DNA of 58,273 nucleotides from Bacteroidota bacterium (lineage in GTDB: Bacteria > Bacteroidota > Bacteroidia > JABEUT01), in the NCBI GenBank assembly GCA_013285805.1, contig JABDGY010000005.1, positions 1 through 58,273 on the forward strand, written 5' to 3'. Position numbers and translations under genes: made by a program. Of the stretch, positions 39,219 to 48,948 are shown one piece after another. The notes beneath the pieces are model-generated. The model did not search any database and was not told the DNA's origin. It was given only the letters and a program-made list of their open reading frames with translations. The number at the start of each line of letters is the position of its first letter. The first letter of the stretch is position 1.

Positions 39219-40511
39219 ATGCGCAAAGTTAGTCATTTTACCCTTATCCTTCTTACACTTTTCTCTCTTTGTAAACCCCTTATTGCGCAAGACGGGTATA
39301 CCGATTCCCCCGTTATGAAGTACGAGGACCGCACCTACAGGAGCTATATAAAGACTGTGCAGCTTCACCAGGTGGGCTGGAAATTCTCACCCCCTTCTAT
39401 TGAAATGAATGCCGGCCAGCAGTTACAGCTCGATTTTGACGACCTGCAGGGCGATTTTAAGTCCTATTACTATACCTTTATTCACTGCGACGCCGACTGG
39501 ACCCCCTCGGATATTAATAATTTCGACTACCTGAAGGGCTACGAACAGGATTTTTTGACCAATTACGCCACATCGTTCGGTACCACACAGGGCTATACCC
39601 ATTACACCCTTGTTTTCCCCAATAACAATATACAATTGCTGCTTTCGGGTAATTACCTGTTAAAGGTTTACCTTAATAACAATCCCGATAGCGTGATTTT
39701 AACCCGCCGCTTTATGCTCTACAGAGACAAGCTGATTATTCACCCCCGTGAAACACCGGGAATAGGCGATGAAATGTTCACCAAGCAGGAAATAGTGTTC
39801 AGCATTAATACTACACGATATAATATCATGGACCCCTTCCATGCCCTAAGAATATTCATACAGCAAAATGGCAGGTGGGACAATATAATAAGCGACGTTC
39901 AGCCACAGTTTGTGCAGGATACATCGCTGCAATATTATTCCGACTTCGGCAATATGTTCGATGGCGGAAACCAATTCAGGAACTTCGATATGACTACCCT
40001 GCACCTGATAAGTGACCAGATACAGCGGTTTGTACCCGGCAAGGAAGAGGAAATTGATTTGAAGCCCGATAAGCCACGCGGAAGTTTACCTTATATAACC
40101 CTACCCGATATCGACGGTCAATTCTATATTTTAGATAAAGATGCCGACAGTACCCCTATTAATGGCGAATATGTAAGGGTGCACTTCTTTATGCCCTACG
40201 ATTCGGCCATTACCACAGGCAATGTTTATATTTTCGGGGGCCTGTCGGACTGGCAATGCAAAAAAGAGTTTCGCATGCATTATGTCGACTCCCTGAATGG
40301 TTATGCCGCCACACTCTATTTAAAACAAGGGTTTTACGATTATCAATATGCTTATTTAAAGGATAAAAGCACCGTAGCCGATGTTACCCCTTTCGAAGGC
40401 AACCACTCCGAAACCGAGAATACATATACCATATATGCCTATTACCGCCCTCCCGGCCTTTATTACGACGAGCTTATAGGTATAAAAACCTTTCATGCGC
40501 CAAGCAATTAA
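39219..40511 (+). CDS. DUF5103-family protein (T9SS SprA plug-type)
   Basis: Signal peptide from ATG 39219 (TATCTTTG at 39193-39200); L.FDDL, HCDADW, Y.HY, F.GGN.FR.FD and LKQG.Y.Y...ETEN.Y. Confidence 0.78.
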   Translation: MRKVSHFTLILLTLFSLCKPLIAQDGYTDSPVMKYEDRTYRSYIKTVQLHQVGWKFSPPSIEMNAGQQLQLDFDDLQGDFKSYYYTFIHCDADWTPSDINNFDYLKGYEQDFLTNYATSFGTTQGYTHYTLVFPNNNIQLLLSGNYLLKVYLNNNPDSVILTRRFMLYRDKLIIHPRETPGIGDEMFTKQEIVFSINTTRYNIMDPFHALRIFIQQNGRWDNIISDVQPQFVQDTSLQYYSDFGNMFDGGNQFRNFDMTTLHLISDQIQRFVPGKEEEIDLKPDKPRGSLPYITLPDIDGQFYILDKDADSTPINGEYVRVHFFMPYDSAITTGNVYIFGGLSDWQCKKEFRMHYVDSLNGYAATLYLKQGFYDYQYAYLKDKSTVADVTPFEGNHSETENTYTIYAYYRPPGLYYDELIGIKTFHAPSN

Positions 40512-40524
40512 AAAGCCCTCTCAA

Positions 40525-40555
40525 CTCCCCCGAAGGGGGAGCTTTGATTTTTATT
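40525..40555 (+). terminator. GC hairpin, terminator or REP-like
   Basis: CTCCCCC-GAA-GGGGGAG followed by CTTTGATTTTTATT. Confidence 0.55.
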
Positions 40556-40574
40556 CAATCACGCCCGCACCCCT

Positions 40575-40602
40575 CTTAATACTTAATACCTAATACTTAA
40601 TT
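40575..40602. repeat. Heptamer tandem repeat (CTTAATA)
   Basis: CTTAATA CTTAATA CCTAATA CTTAATT upstream of the pdhB promoter (TACATTTG 40614-40621). Confidence 0.65.
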
Positions 40603-40645
40603 CCCATATTTACTACATTTGTAACCTTATAAACCAGCCAAGGAT

Positions 40646-41629
40646 ATGAAAACGGTATTTTTCAGGGAAGCATTACGTGAAGCTATGGTGGAAGAGATGC
40701 GCCGCGACGAACGGGTATTTCTTATGGGTGAAGAAGTGGCCCAATATAACGGGGCATATAAAGTGAGCCAGGGCATGCTCGATGAATTTGGCGCCCGACG
40801 CGTGATTGACACCCCTATTGCTGAGCTTGGCTTTGCCGGTATAGGCGTGGGAGCAGCTATGAATGGCCTCCGCCCTATTATCGAATTCATGACCTTCAAC
40901 TTCTCGCTGGTGGCTATTGACCAGGTGGTAAACTCGGCCGCCAAAATGCTCGAAATGTCGGGCGGGCAGTTACCTATGCCAATAGTGTTCCGCGGGCCAA
41001 CAGGCTCTGCCGGTATGTTAGCGGCACAGCACTCCAACTCGTTCGATAACTGGTACGCTAACTGTGCCGGGCTTAAAGTAATAGTGCCTTCAAACGCTGC
41101 CGATGCCAAAGGCTTGTTGAAATCGGCTATACGCGACGACGACCCTGTGGTATTTATGGAATCGGAGCAGATGTATGGCGACAAAGGCGAAATACCCGAA
41201 GGCGAATATATTATACCCATTGGCGTGGCCGATATTAAGCGCGCCGGAACCGATGTAACCATTGTATCATTCGGTAAAATAATGAAAGTGGCTTTGGCCG
41301 CCGCCGCTGAACTGCAAAAGGAAAACATATCGGCCGAGGTTATTGACCTGCGTACCATACGCCCTATTGATTATGCTACCGTTATAAACTCTGTTAAAAA
41401 GACCAACCGCCTTGTGATACTCGAAGAAGCATGGCCTTTGGGCTCTATAGCTACTGAAGTGGCCTTTAAAGTACAAAAGGATGCATTCGATTACCTCGAT
41501 GCTCCTGTGCTGCGTGTTACCTCTGCCGATGTGCCCCTGCCTTATGCCCCTAACCTTATTGAGGCTGCCTTACCCAATGTACCCAAGCTGGTTAAGGCCG
41601 TTAAAGAGGTAATGTATGTGGCCAAATAA
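40646..41629 (+). CDS. pdhB: Pyruvate dehydrogenase E1 beta subunit
   Basis: [40 protein letters not shown]....AQHS and EVIDLRT.RP.D. Confidence 0.95.
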   Translation: MKTVFFREALREAMVEEMRRDERVFLMGEEVAQYNGAYKVSQGMLDEFGARRVIDTPIAELGFAGIGVGAAMNGLRPIIEFMTFNFSLVAIDQVVNSAAKMLEMSGGQLPMPIVFRGPTGSAGMLAAQHSNSFDNWYANCAGLKVIVPSNAADAKGLLKSAIRDDDPVVFMESEQMYGDKGEIPEGEYIIPIGVADIKRAGTDVTIVSFGKIMKVALAAAAELQKENISAEVIDLRTIRPIDYATVINSVKKTNRLVILEEAWPLGSIATEVAFKVQKDAFDYLDAPVLRVTSADVPLPYAPNLIEAALPNVPKLVKAVKEVMYVAK

Positions 41630-41657
41630 AGGCTGCTTCCCCTTACAATTAGAGTAG

Positions 41658-41904
41658 TCCCGATTAAGCGCAGCGAAAGTCGGGGTACGTGGCTAAGTAG
41701 TTGCTGACCGTCATTGCGAGGAACGAAGCAATCTTATGTCACACTGAGCCTGTCGAAGTGTTTTGCTTTGCACATCGTAGCTTTCTTTGTTCACCGAAGC
41801 CTTGCGTAGGAGAAAGCGAAGGTGTGGGCGTTTCCCTCCTCATGGTCGGGTCGCGCTTTACGCTCATACTCCGCACTGCGTTTGCGGGGTATCCGTTACA
41901 ACCC
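41658..41904 (+). repeat. Left composite REP-like cluster
   Basis: TCCCGAT..GTCGGGG hairpin; CCGTCATTGCGAGGAACGAAGCAATCT (41708-41734); GTCACACTGAGCCTGTCGAAGTG (41738-41760); CACCGAAGC..GCGAAGGTG; GGGCGT..GGTCGGG..TATCCGTTACAA. Confidence 0.75.
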
Positions 41905-41957
41905 CGAAGGGCTCGTGAACTCCTTAATTTAAAAATTAGCAAATCGGTGAACAATCG

Positions 41958-43541
41958 CTAACGCGGGGCCGCGTATTTACCTTTTGGCTCGGCTGCAATA
42001 GTTAAGTGCTCTTTTGGCTCTTTGTATGCAGTACCTTTTTGTTCATGCGAAGGCATTCCTTCGGAAAATGCCTCTTTAAGCACTGCTTGCAATAATTGTT
42101 CTGCCTGTTTTTGGCTTTGAGTAATACTTTGTTCTAATTCATTACAATAGGCCATTAACTGCTCTATTTTAGCAACTATACGCTGTTGTTCAGGAAGTGG
42201 AGGAAGCGGAATTAATAATGAGGTAATTTGCCCTTGGTTAATTGAGGCTTGCCCTGTCATTTTTTTAAATTTTTTGAAAATCTGATCCTTTATTATTGAT
42301 GATTGGAATAAGTAATTAATATACCTAGGCAATATCTTTGCTTCAAATAGTCTAACTCTTATATTTTTACTTTCATACACAAATACCTCATTTAATTTAT
42401 CTATATATGCTGACTTGCCAAGTAACTCAATACTATTAACTCGATTAAGAAGTAAGTCACCCGGCTTTAATGAGTAAGTTTCTATTTCAGAAATGGTTAA
42501 ACTCATCCTTTTTAAATTATGAAAACTTATTTCTCCATTCTGAATATTATACATTCTTAGGCAGGCTATTCCATCATCATTATAATACTTATCTTCTTTA
42601 TAAATTCCATTATTCATAGTTAGAACAATACTACCTAACCTACACCAAACCCAACCTTTAGGTAATTCATAAGGAATTTCATCGTTAGTGATTGGAGGCA
42701 ATGGCTTTTCCTTTTTTAGTTTGCCTTGTGCAGTAAGCTTTTCTTTCTCTGCTTTAATTCTTTTTAGTAATTCGCTTGCGGGTTCATCTTTAGGGTTTTG
42801 TGGAACAAGTTTGCCTTGCACTGCATCTTGTAATATGGCTTGGCGGAGTTTATTGATTATATCCGTTTGTTGGTGGAATTGGGCAGAAGTATTTGAAATA
42901 GATTCGCCTAATTCCTGCAGCTTCAAAATCTGTTCTTCAACCTTATCATTGAAGTACGTTTGTTTTTTTAAAGTACCATTCTTTAAATCATTAAAAAATG
43001 AGACAATTTTGGCTTGAATATTCTTTCCGGGGAATGGTAATTGCATTGCCTCAATTTGTGCATTACCTATATTCGGCTGTGCTCCACCATAACCCATATT
43101 TTTTACCTTATCTTGAATTCCTCTTGCAATCCAGTAAATATATTCCGGAATAAATTCAATCGGGTTAAGAATAGAAAACTTACCAACACGCTGATTCAAA
43201 TACAATTTACCTAAACCACTCTGAACTATTGCTAATTTCCCTATTGTTCCACCTGTCATTGCTATTATTATATCGCCCTCACTTAATTCAAATCTTTCAA
43301 ATTCTTTACTCTCTTTATAATAGCGTACGCTGGATAAATCAATTTTCTCATCTTGAAAATCAGAAATTCTAATTATAGGAATTCCAGTTGATCGATACTC
43401 TCCAGATTTAAATGAGTATCCTCCAATAATTTTAATGTGCTTAGAAATAGGCTCTATAGGGATTGTTTTTTCCAGCTCATTATTTACAATAGTAATATAT
43501 GCTGAGATATTCTTAAAGAAAACCTTTTCTCGCATTGTCAT
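41958..43541 (-). CDS. hsdS: Type I restriction-modification specificity subunit
   Basis: Two AT-rich TRDs separated by LRQAILQDAVQGKLVPQ.P.DEPASELL...PYELPKGW.W; PLPPLPEQQRIV. Confidence 0.93.
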   Translation of the reverse strand: MTMREKVFFKNISAYITIVNNELEKTIPIEPISKHIKIIGGYSFKSGEYRSTGIPIIRISDFQDEKIDLSSVRYYKESKEFERFELSEGDIIIAMTGGTIGKLAIVQSGLGKLYLNQRVGKFSILNPIEFIPEYIYWIARGIQDKVKNMGYGGAQPNIGNAQIEAMQLPFPGKNIQAKIVSFFNDLKNGTLKKQTYFNDKVEEQILKLQELGESISNTSAQFHQQTDIINKLRQAILQDAVQGKLVPQNPKDEPASELLKRIKAEKEKLTAQGKLKKEKPLPPITNDEIPYELPKGWVWCRLGSIVLTMNNGIYKEDKYYNDDGIACLRMYNIQNGEISFHNLKRMSLTISEIETYSLKPGDLLLNRVNSIELLGKSAYIDKLNEVFVYESKNIRVRLFEAKILPRYINYLFQSSIIKDQIFKKFKKMTGQASINQGQITSLLIPLPPLPEQQRIVAKIEQLMAYCNELEQSITQSQKQAEQLLQAVLKEAFSEGMPSHEQKGTAYKEPKEHLTIAAEPKGKYAAPR

Positions 43542-44974
43542 TGTGGTAATTCAGATTTTATTTTAATTAAAATATCATTACTTAATTTAATTGATGAAGC
43601 AAGCATATTAATTAATTCCTCACTTGTATATTGCTTTTCCTCTTCTTTAATTGTGGGGTTCTTTATATCAAGGTTATAATTTCGTTTCCTAATTTCTTCA
43701 ATACTTACTTTCCAGGCATATTCATTCTCTACCCTTTTTTTCCACCATTTCTTTTCTAAATCAAACTCCTTTATGTTAATGGGTTTGGTCTTGTTGTAGT
43801 TCTTTACCCCTTCAGGGTAAGGGTGTTCAAAATACCATATATCCTTTGTGGGCTTACCTTTCTCAAAAAACAGCAAGTTGGTTTTAATGCCTGTATAAGG
43901 CGCAAATACTCCATTTGGCAAGCGTACAATTGTATGCAGATTGCAATCCATTAAAAGTTTCTCCTTTATTCGTGTAGCTACACCTTCACCAAATAAAAAG
44001 CCATCGGGCAAAACTACGCCGGCCCGTCCGCCATCTTTAAGTATATGCACTATTAAAAATAAAAACAAGCTCGCGGTTTCCCGTGTACGGTAAGAAAGAG
44101 GGAAATTATTTTCAACCCCGTCTTCTTCCATTCCGCCAAAGGGCGGGTTGGTTACTATAACATCTACTCTGTTAGCATTGCTCCACGAGCTGAGAGATTG
44201 CATTAGCAAATTATCATGCTCAATAGAAGGTATTTCAATACCATGCAACATTAAATTGGTACTTGCCAACATGTGGGGCAATGGCTTCTTCTCAACTCCT
44301 CGTATGCTCCTTTGCAAGGTATTTAATTTAATAGGAGAGTCAATTGTTTCGCTTTTGCGAATATGTTCAATGGCGTTTACCAAGAAGCCTCCGGTGCCAC
44401 AGGCAGGGTCAAGTATGCTTTCACCCAATTTAGGGTTCACCATTTCAACTACAAATTGGGTAACGGCACGGGGAGTATAAAACTCCCCCGCGTTGCCTGC
44501 GCTTTGCAGGTCTTTCAGTATCTGCTCGTAAATATCATTAAACAGGTGGCGTTCGGCGCCTGTGCCAAAATGAATGTCCTTGTTTATTTTATTAATAACC
44601 TGCCTTAACAGGGTGCCGTTTTTCATATAATTATATGAATCTTCGAACACACCACGCACCATTAATCCTGTGTCTTTGTTATTGCGGGGCTTTAACTCTT
44701 TAAGCGTAGGGAAAAGATTGTTATTTACAAAGCTTAGTAATTCATCCCCGGTCATTCCTTCCTCATCAGTGGCCCAATTGCGCCAGCGCAAATCTCTCCG
44801 AATGGGCGATTTATAATCCTCATCTGTTGCTTCCCAATCGTTTTCTTTTTCATCAAATATTTTCAAAAACAGCATCCAGCCAAGCTGAGATATGCGTTGC
44901 GCATCGCCATCAACACCCGCGTCTCTGCGCATAATGTCTTGAATGGATTTTATGGTAGAGGATAGGTTACTCAT
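43538..44974 (-). CDS. hsdM: Type I restriction-modification N6-adenine methyltransferase
   Basis: GEFYTPR, DPACGTGGFL, TNPPFGG and IVRLP.GVF.PY; overlaps hsdS by 4 nt. Confidence 0.96.
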   Translation of the reverse strand: MSNLSSTIKSIQDIMRRDAGVDGDAQRISQLGWMLFLKIFDEKENDWEATDEDYKSPIRRDLRWRNWATDEEGMTGDELLSFVNNNLFPTLKELKPRNNKDTGLMVRGVFEDSYNYMKNGTLLRQVINKINKDIHFGTGAERHLFNDIYEQILKDLQSAGNAGEFYTPRAVTQFVVEMVNPKLGESILDPACGTGGFLVNAIEHIRKSETIDSPIKLNTLQRSIRGVEKKPLPHMLASTNLMLHGIEIPSIEHDNLLMQSLSSWSNANRVDVIVTNPPFGGMEEDGVENNFPLSYRTRETASLFLFLIVHILKDGGRAGVVLPDGFLFGEGVATRIKEKLLMDCNLHTIVRLPNGVFAPYTGIKTNLLFFEKGKPTKDIWYFEHPYPEGVKNYNKTKPINIKEFDLEKKWWKKRVENEYAWKVSIEEIRKRNYNLDIKNPTIKEEEKQYTSEELINMLASSIKLSNDILIKIKSELPQ

Positions 44975-45002
44975 AGTTTTTTAGTATCTTTGTGTAAATG
45001 AA

Positions 45003-45164
45003 ATGCGCATGGCAAAGGTTGTAAAGATATATAAACCCACACACGAGGAAATATTGAAAAATGTTCTTGGTTCATTCGAAATTGAGAATATTAAAATTTC
45101 ATATACAACTGCCAAAAAATCAATGCAAAAAGTTCTCGATAAAATCAAAAAAGAGAACGTATAA
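45003..45164 (+). CDS. Unannotated 53-aa antisense micro-ORF with Fic-antitoxin-like motif
   Basis: MRMAKVVKIYKPTHEEILKNVLGSFEIENIKISYTTAKKSMQKVLDKIKKENV; TATCTTTG at 44985-44992; SFEIEN fits (S/T)xxxE(G/N). Confidence 0.55.
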   Translation: MRMAKVVKIYKPTHEEILKNVLGSFEIENIKISYTTAKKSMQKVLDKIKKENV

Positions 45165-45194
45165 TTTCTTCCATTGGCTTATAGTCTTGTTAAA

Positions 45195-45833
45195 TTATAT
45201 AGTCAGGCTTTCATGATTGTTTTTATCTTTTTCCCAATTCATTGGATTATTCTGAATATATTTTCGTATTGTTATTAAATCGTTTTCAGATTTAATAATA
45301 TGATCATAATAACGGGGTTGCCATTCAAATTCTATTTTATTAGTTGTGGCAAATGTCTTTACACCGGCTTTATATCCCCGTATTATGGAGCCAAGGTTTT
45401 TCGATTGGGGGCCAAATTTATTGGGTTGCCGTGGAGATGCAAAGTCTTGTGCCTGTGCCTTATTAATAAATAATATCCCATGAATATGATTCGGCATTAT
45501 TATAAATTCATCCAATTCAACAAATGGGAAATGTTTAGGAATGTTTGTCCAATATTGGTATGCAATATTTCCAATTTCGGTTGCCTGTAGAGACGGCCGG
45601 TTTTGTGATAGAGACGCAAAATATTGCGTCTCTACGGTTCCGTTGGTGGTGTTCCGTAGAGACGGATGATTATCCGTCTCTACCACATTGCGTGTTTCTA
45701 CAATTGCAATATCACCAAAATAATGTGCCCTGTTTTTCGTGCAAATGGTTATAAAATACATGGCATTTGACCCATAATCCCAATTTTTTAGTCGGGTGGT
45801 TTCAATTCTGTATTTATTTTGAAATTTCTCCAT
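45195..45833 (-). mobile_element. REP-associated tyrosine transposase (RAYT, HUH Y1 family)
   Basis: RL..WDY.....YFITICT..R...FG, MPNHIHGI (HUH), LGSIIRGYK and WQPRYYDHII........YI.NNP..W. Confidence 0.9.
45586..45702. repeat. GTAG-type REP hairpins inside the RAYT ORF
   Basis: ATAGAGACGCAA-AATA-TTGCGTCTCTAC (45608-45635) and GTAGAGACGGAT-GATT-ATCCGTCTCTAC (45656-45683), with half-sites at 45586 and 45691-45702. Confidence 0.88.
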
Positions 45834-45842
45834 TTACCTTAT

Positions 45843-48212
45843 TTAGGCAGTTTTATAAAGCTCATCTTCCAATTCCTTTAATGCTTTTCTAAAATGGGTT
45901 GGACCACCAAACCATTTTACAATTTCGGCAGGCGTACCCATTTGGCTTAAGGGTTCTAATTCCAATACCCTGGCACTTTCAATATTCTCAATTCCTTTAT
46001 CGGCATATTTCTCAAGCAGGGCTTCCAATACCTTCCGTGCTTGTTCGCCATATTTAGTAAAGTAATTACGTTTCTTAACGTTGTTTGCTCTTTCTTTTCG
46101 TGTAAGCGGAGGCATATCAAAAGCCACATGGCAAATCAGGTCAAAGGTATCCAAATCTTTATTTACACTTTCCTGCAATTCATCTAAAAATATACCGTGT
46201 TCAAGCAATTCGGCATGTATCTCTTGTTTCTTTTGCGCCTGGTTCCATTTGTTTATAAACTCATTTAATGAGCGGAACTCCTTTTGCAAATGCTTTTTGC
46301 TGTAATCTTTCAGCGTTTCGCTAATCAGCTTTCCGTCAACCCCATAATATTGTACCCGCTCATTCAATACTTTTACTTCAACGCCGCGCACAAAAACCTT
46401 TCTTAAACGTTGCCCGTTTTCGCCGCTTTCAATTATTTGCTCTTGCCCTAATGTTTTCACCTTTACTCTTTCCCCATCTATTTCAATATAGTCCCCCTCT
46501 TCATCTGCTTCAACAACCTGCAAAATATCACCTGCTTTTGGCTCATAAATTTTTACAGGCTCGCCATCAAAATCTTTATCGGCAAATAAATTGGTAGCAT
46601 TCCTGAAATCCATTATGGTAAAATAGTATTTGCCGTATTCTTCATTAATACGTGTTCCCCTGCCAATAATCTGCTTAAACTCAGTCATGCTTTGTATATT
46701 GGCATCAAGCACAATCAGTTTACAGGTCTGGGCATCAACGCCAGTAGTCATTAGTTTCGAGGTGGTTGCAATTACAGGGTACTTCTGTTCAGGGTCAATA
46801 AAATTGTCCAGTTCACGTTTGCCTTCATCATCATCTCCCGTAATTTTCATTATGTATTTATGGTTCTCTTTTACCAAGTCGGCATTTTCATTTGCAAGGC
46901 ACTGGCGCATGCGGTCAGCATGGTCTATATCCACGCAAAAAATTATCGTTTTATCAAAACGATTGGTGAGTTTTAAATACTCTGTAACTTTTTTTGCCAC
47001 TAACCTTGTTCTTTCTTCTATTACGAGGGTTCTGTCAAAATCGCGTGTATTATAAAGCCTGTCTTCAACCAAATTCCCTTCTGTGTCTTTCTTTCCTTTT
47101 TCGGGCCTGTAACCTTCAAGGTCTTTATCGAGCCCAATTCGCACCACCTTATATGGCGCAAGAAAACCATCTTCAATACCTTGCTTTAATGAATAGGTGT
47201 AAACAGGTTCCCCGAAATAATCAATATTCGAAATGTCTTTTGTTTCTTTAGGTGTTGCGGTTAAACCTATCTGCGTGGCAGATGTAAAATATTCCAGTAT
47301 TTCGCGCCATGCGGCATCGTCTGCGGCGCTGCCACGGTGGCACTCATCTACAATAACCAAATCAAAAAAGTCAGGAGAGAATTGCTTATAAATATTCCTG
47401 TCTTCTTCATTGCCTGTTAACCCTTGGTACAAGGCCAGATATACTTCATACGATTTATCTACTTTATGATTGCGCACCATAGTCATCTTATCGCCAAAGT
47501 ATTTAAAGTCGCCTCGCTTTGCTTGCCCTATAAGTGCATTTCTGTCGGCCAAAAACAAAATGCGTTTTTTCTTTCCCGCTTTCCATAACCTCCACGCAAT
47601 TTGAAAAGCGGTATAGGTTTTTCCAGTACCGGTAGCCATTACAAGTAATACCCTGTCATTGCCCTTGGCAATAGATTCAATAGTACGGTTAATGGCAATT
47701 GCCTGATAGTATCTTATTTCGCGTCCGACGGCTTCGTAATAATCCTGTGCGACTACTTTTTCAACTTCTAGGTGGGCAATACCCTTCAATATTTTGTACC
47801 TGCGCCACAATTCCTCAGGCGATGGAAATTCTTCTAAACTGATTTCTCTTTCCAGTGCACCGTTTACCAATGATTTGTCGTGCTCATAAAAAGCATCACC
47901 ATTGCTGCTATATACAAATGGAATATCAAGCGTTTTTGCATATTCCAATGCTTGCTGAATGCCAGCCTTAACGCTGTGGTTATTATCTTTTGCTTCTATT
48001 ATAGCAATTGGAATATTAGACTTATAATAAAGAATATAGTCGGCTCTTTTCTGCTTGCCCCGAACATGAAGCTTGCCTTTTACATAAATCCTTCCGGCTG
48101 TAAACGATTTTTCCTCCCTTACCTGTAAATCAATATCCCAACCCGCCTGCTTAATAGCAGGCGTAATATATTTAGTGCATATATCTCTTTCCGAGAGTTC
48201 CTTCTTTGACAT
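45843..48212 (-). CDS. hsdR: Type I restriction endonuclease subunit R (EcoAI/EcoEI-like)
   Basis: SE.DIC.KYITPA, ADY.L...IEAK nuclease motif, ATGTGKT, DECH, TATP and QIIGRGTR. ATG 48212 is preferred over the longer ORF-track start. Confidence 0.96.
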   Translation of the reverse strand: MSKKELSERDICTKYITPAIKQAGWDIDLQVREEKSFTAGRIYVKGKLHVRGKQKRADYILYYKSNIPIAIIEAKDNNHSVKAGIQQALEYAKTLDIPFVYSSNGDAFYEHDKSLVNGALEREISLEEFPSPEELWRRYKILKGIAHLEVEKVVAQDYYEAVGREIRYYQAIAINRTIESIAKGNDRVLLVMATGTGKTYTAFQIAWRLWKAGKKKRILFLADRNALIGQAKRGDFKYFGDKMTMVRNHKVDKSYEVYLALYQGLTGNEEDRNIYKQFSPDFFDLVIVDECHRGSAADDAAWREILEYFTSATQIGLTATPKETKDISNIDYFGEPVYTYSLKQGIEDGFLAPYKVVRIGLDKDLEGYRPEKGKKDTEGNLVEDRLYNTRDFDRTLVIEERTRLVAKKVTEYLKLTNRFDKTIIFCVDIDHADRMRQCLANENADLVKENHKYIMKITGDDDEGKRELDNFIDPEQKYPVIATTSKLMTTGVDAQTCKLIVLDANIQSMTEFKQIIGRGTRINEEYGKYYFTIMDFRNATNLFADKDFDGEPVKIYEPKAGDILQVVEADEEGDYIEIDGERVKVKTLGQEQIIESGENGQRLRKVFVRGVEVKVLNERVQYYGVDGKLISETLKDYSKKHLQKEFRSLNEFINKWNQAQKKQEIHAELLEHGIFLDELQESVNKDLDTFDLICHVAFDMPPLTRKERANNVKKRNYFTKYGEQARKVLEALLEKYADKGIENIESARVLELEPLSQMGTPAEIVKWFGGPTHFRKALKELEDELYKTA

Positions 48213-48340
48213 TAAGGTGGTCTTATCCTGCGAAAATATTAAATATAAAGGAACCTTCAAAAAACCTTAAAGGGGGGGTGTTAATAATAACTGCACATTT
48301 CTCTTTAATAAGGTTTATGGCTGGAGTAAATTTGCTTTGA

Positions 48341-48472
48341 CCGCCGAAGCTTTACTTGTGCCCGCTGAAGCTTATGCGCAAGCGAGGGCGGAGGTGGTAG
48401 AGTTCTTTGAGAAAATAGGGATAAGTCTTTGCGCCCTTTGCGTGGCTGTTTGCTTTGCGTACTTTGCGGTAA
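48341..48472 (+). repeat. Two further REP-like elements upstream of hsdR
   Basis: CCGCCGAAGCTTT...GGCGGAGGTGG with a nested hairpin; CTTTGCG repeated four times in 48427-48469. Confidence 0.55.
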
Positions 48473-48530
48473 AAAAAAGAAACAACACTATTAACGGGGC
48501 CGGGAAAAACATTTAAAAATGCCCAAAATG

Positions 48531-48570
48531 GTGACATATAGTGAAGCATAGTGAAAAATAGTGACATTTT
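48531..48570 (+). repeat. 10-bp phased direct repeats (GTGA x4)
   Basis: GTGACATATA GTGAAGCATA GTGAAAAATA GTGACATTTT. Confidence 0.65.
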
Positions 48571-48905
48571 CGCTAATATACTTAGCAAATATTTCACTAA
48601 AAAAACAGCTTTGTGTCACTACATTAAATTCCGGCCTTGTGCCACCGCTAAGACTGACTTCAAACTCTTTCTCCGCTCTTCGCTCCTATATGGTACACAC
48701 ATTTCTTAATCCAGTGTGCAATGAATGTGAGTCAATAGATTGAAAAACAACAACTTAAATACGAATGTCTTTTTGTCATGTGTGTAGTGCCAACCGGGTG
48801 GCAGCTAAAAAAATTAGCCGGAATTTTAACATTTTGCACGTAAGGGCGAATGGAAATTGAAAACCGATGAAAATCAGCCTTATGCAAAAAGTGGCTGCCT
48901 TAAAA

Positions 48906-48933
48906 CGGACATTTTCGGACAGTTTTGGACACG
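48906..48933 (+). repeat. 10-bp phased direct repeats (GGACA x3)
   Basis: CGGACATTTT CGGACAGTTT TGGACACG. Confidence 0.65.
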
Positions 48934-48948
48934 AAATGCACATAGGGG

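Noticed and set aside
40627-41358. 243-aa antisense ORF opposite pdhB, and similar shadows opposite acn, proS and hsdR
   Set aside because: These are antisense shadows of strongly supported genes.
41701-41961. ORFs 41701..41961 (+) and 41739..41954 (-)
   Set aside because: They are translations of REP-like repeats (VIARNEAI, CHTEPVEV) with no promoter or protein-like features.
41958-43541. Invertible (shufflon-type) hsdS
   Set aside because: There is only one hsdS, with no silent TRD copies and no site-specific recombinase in the window.
48272-48278. G7 tract upstream of hsdR as a phase-variable promoter
   Set aside because: It lies upstream of the putative -33 (48258-48261) and -7 (48231-48238) boxes, so length changes would not alter spacing.
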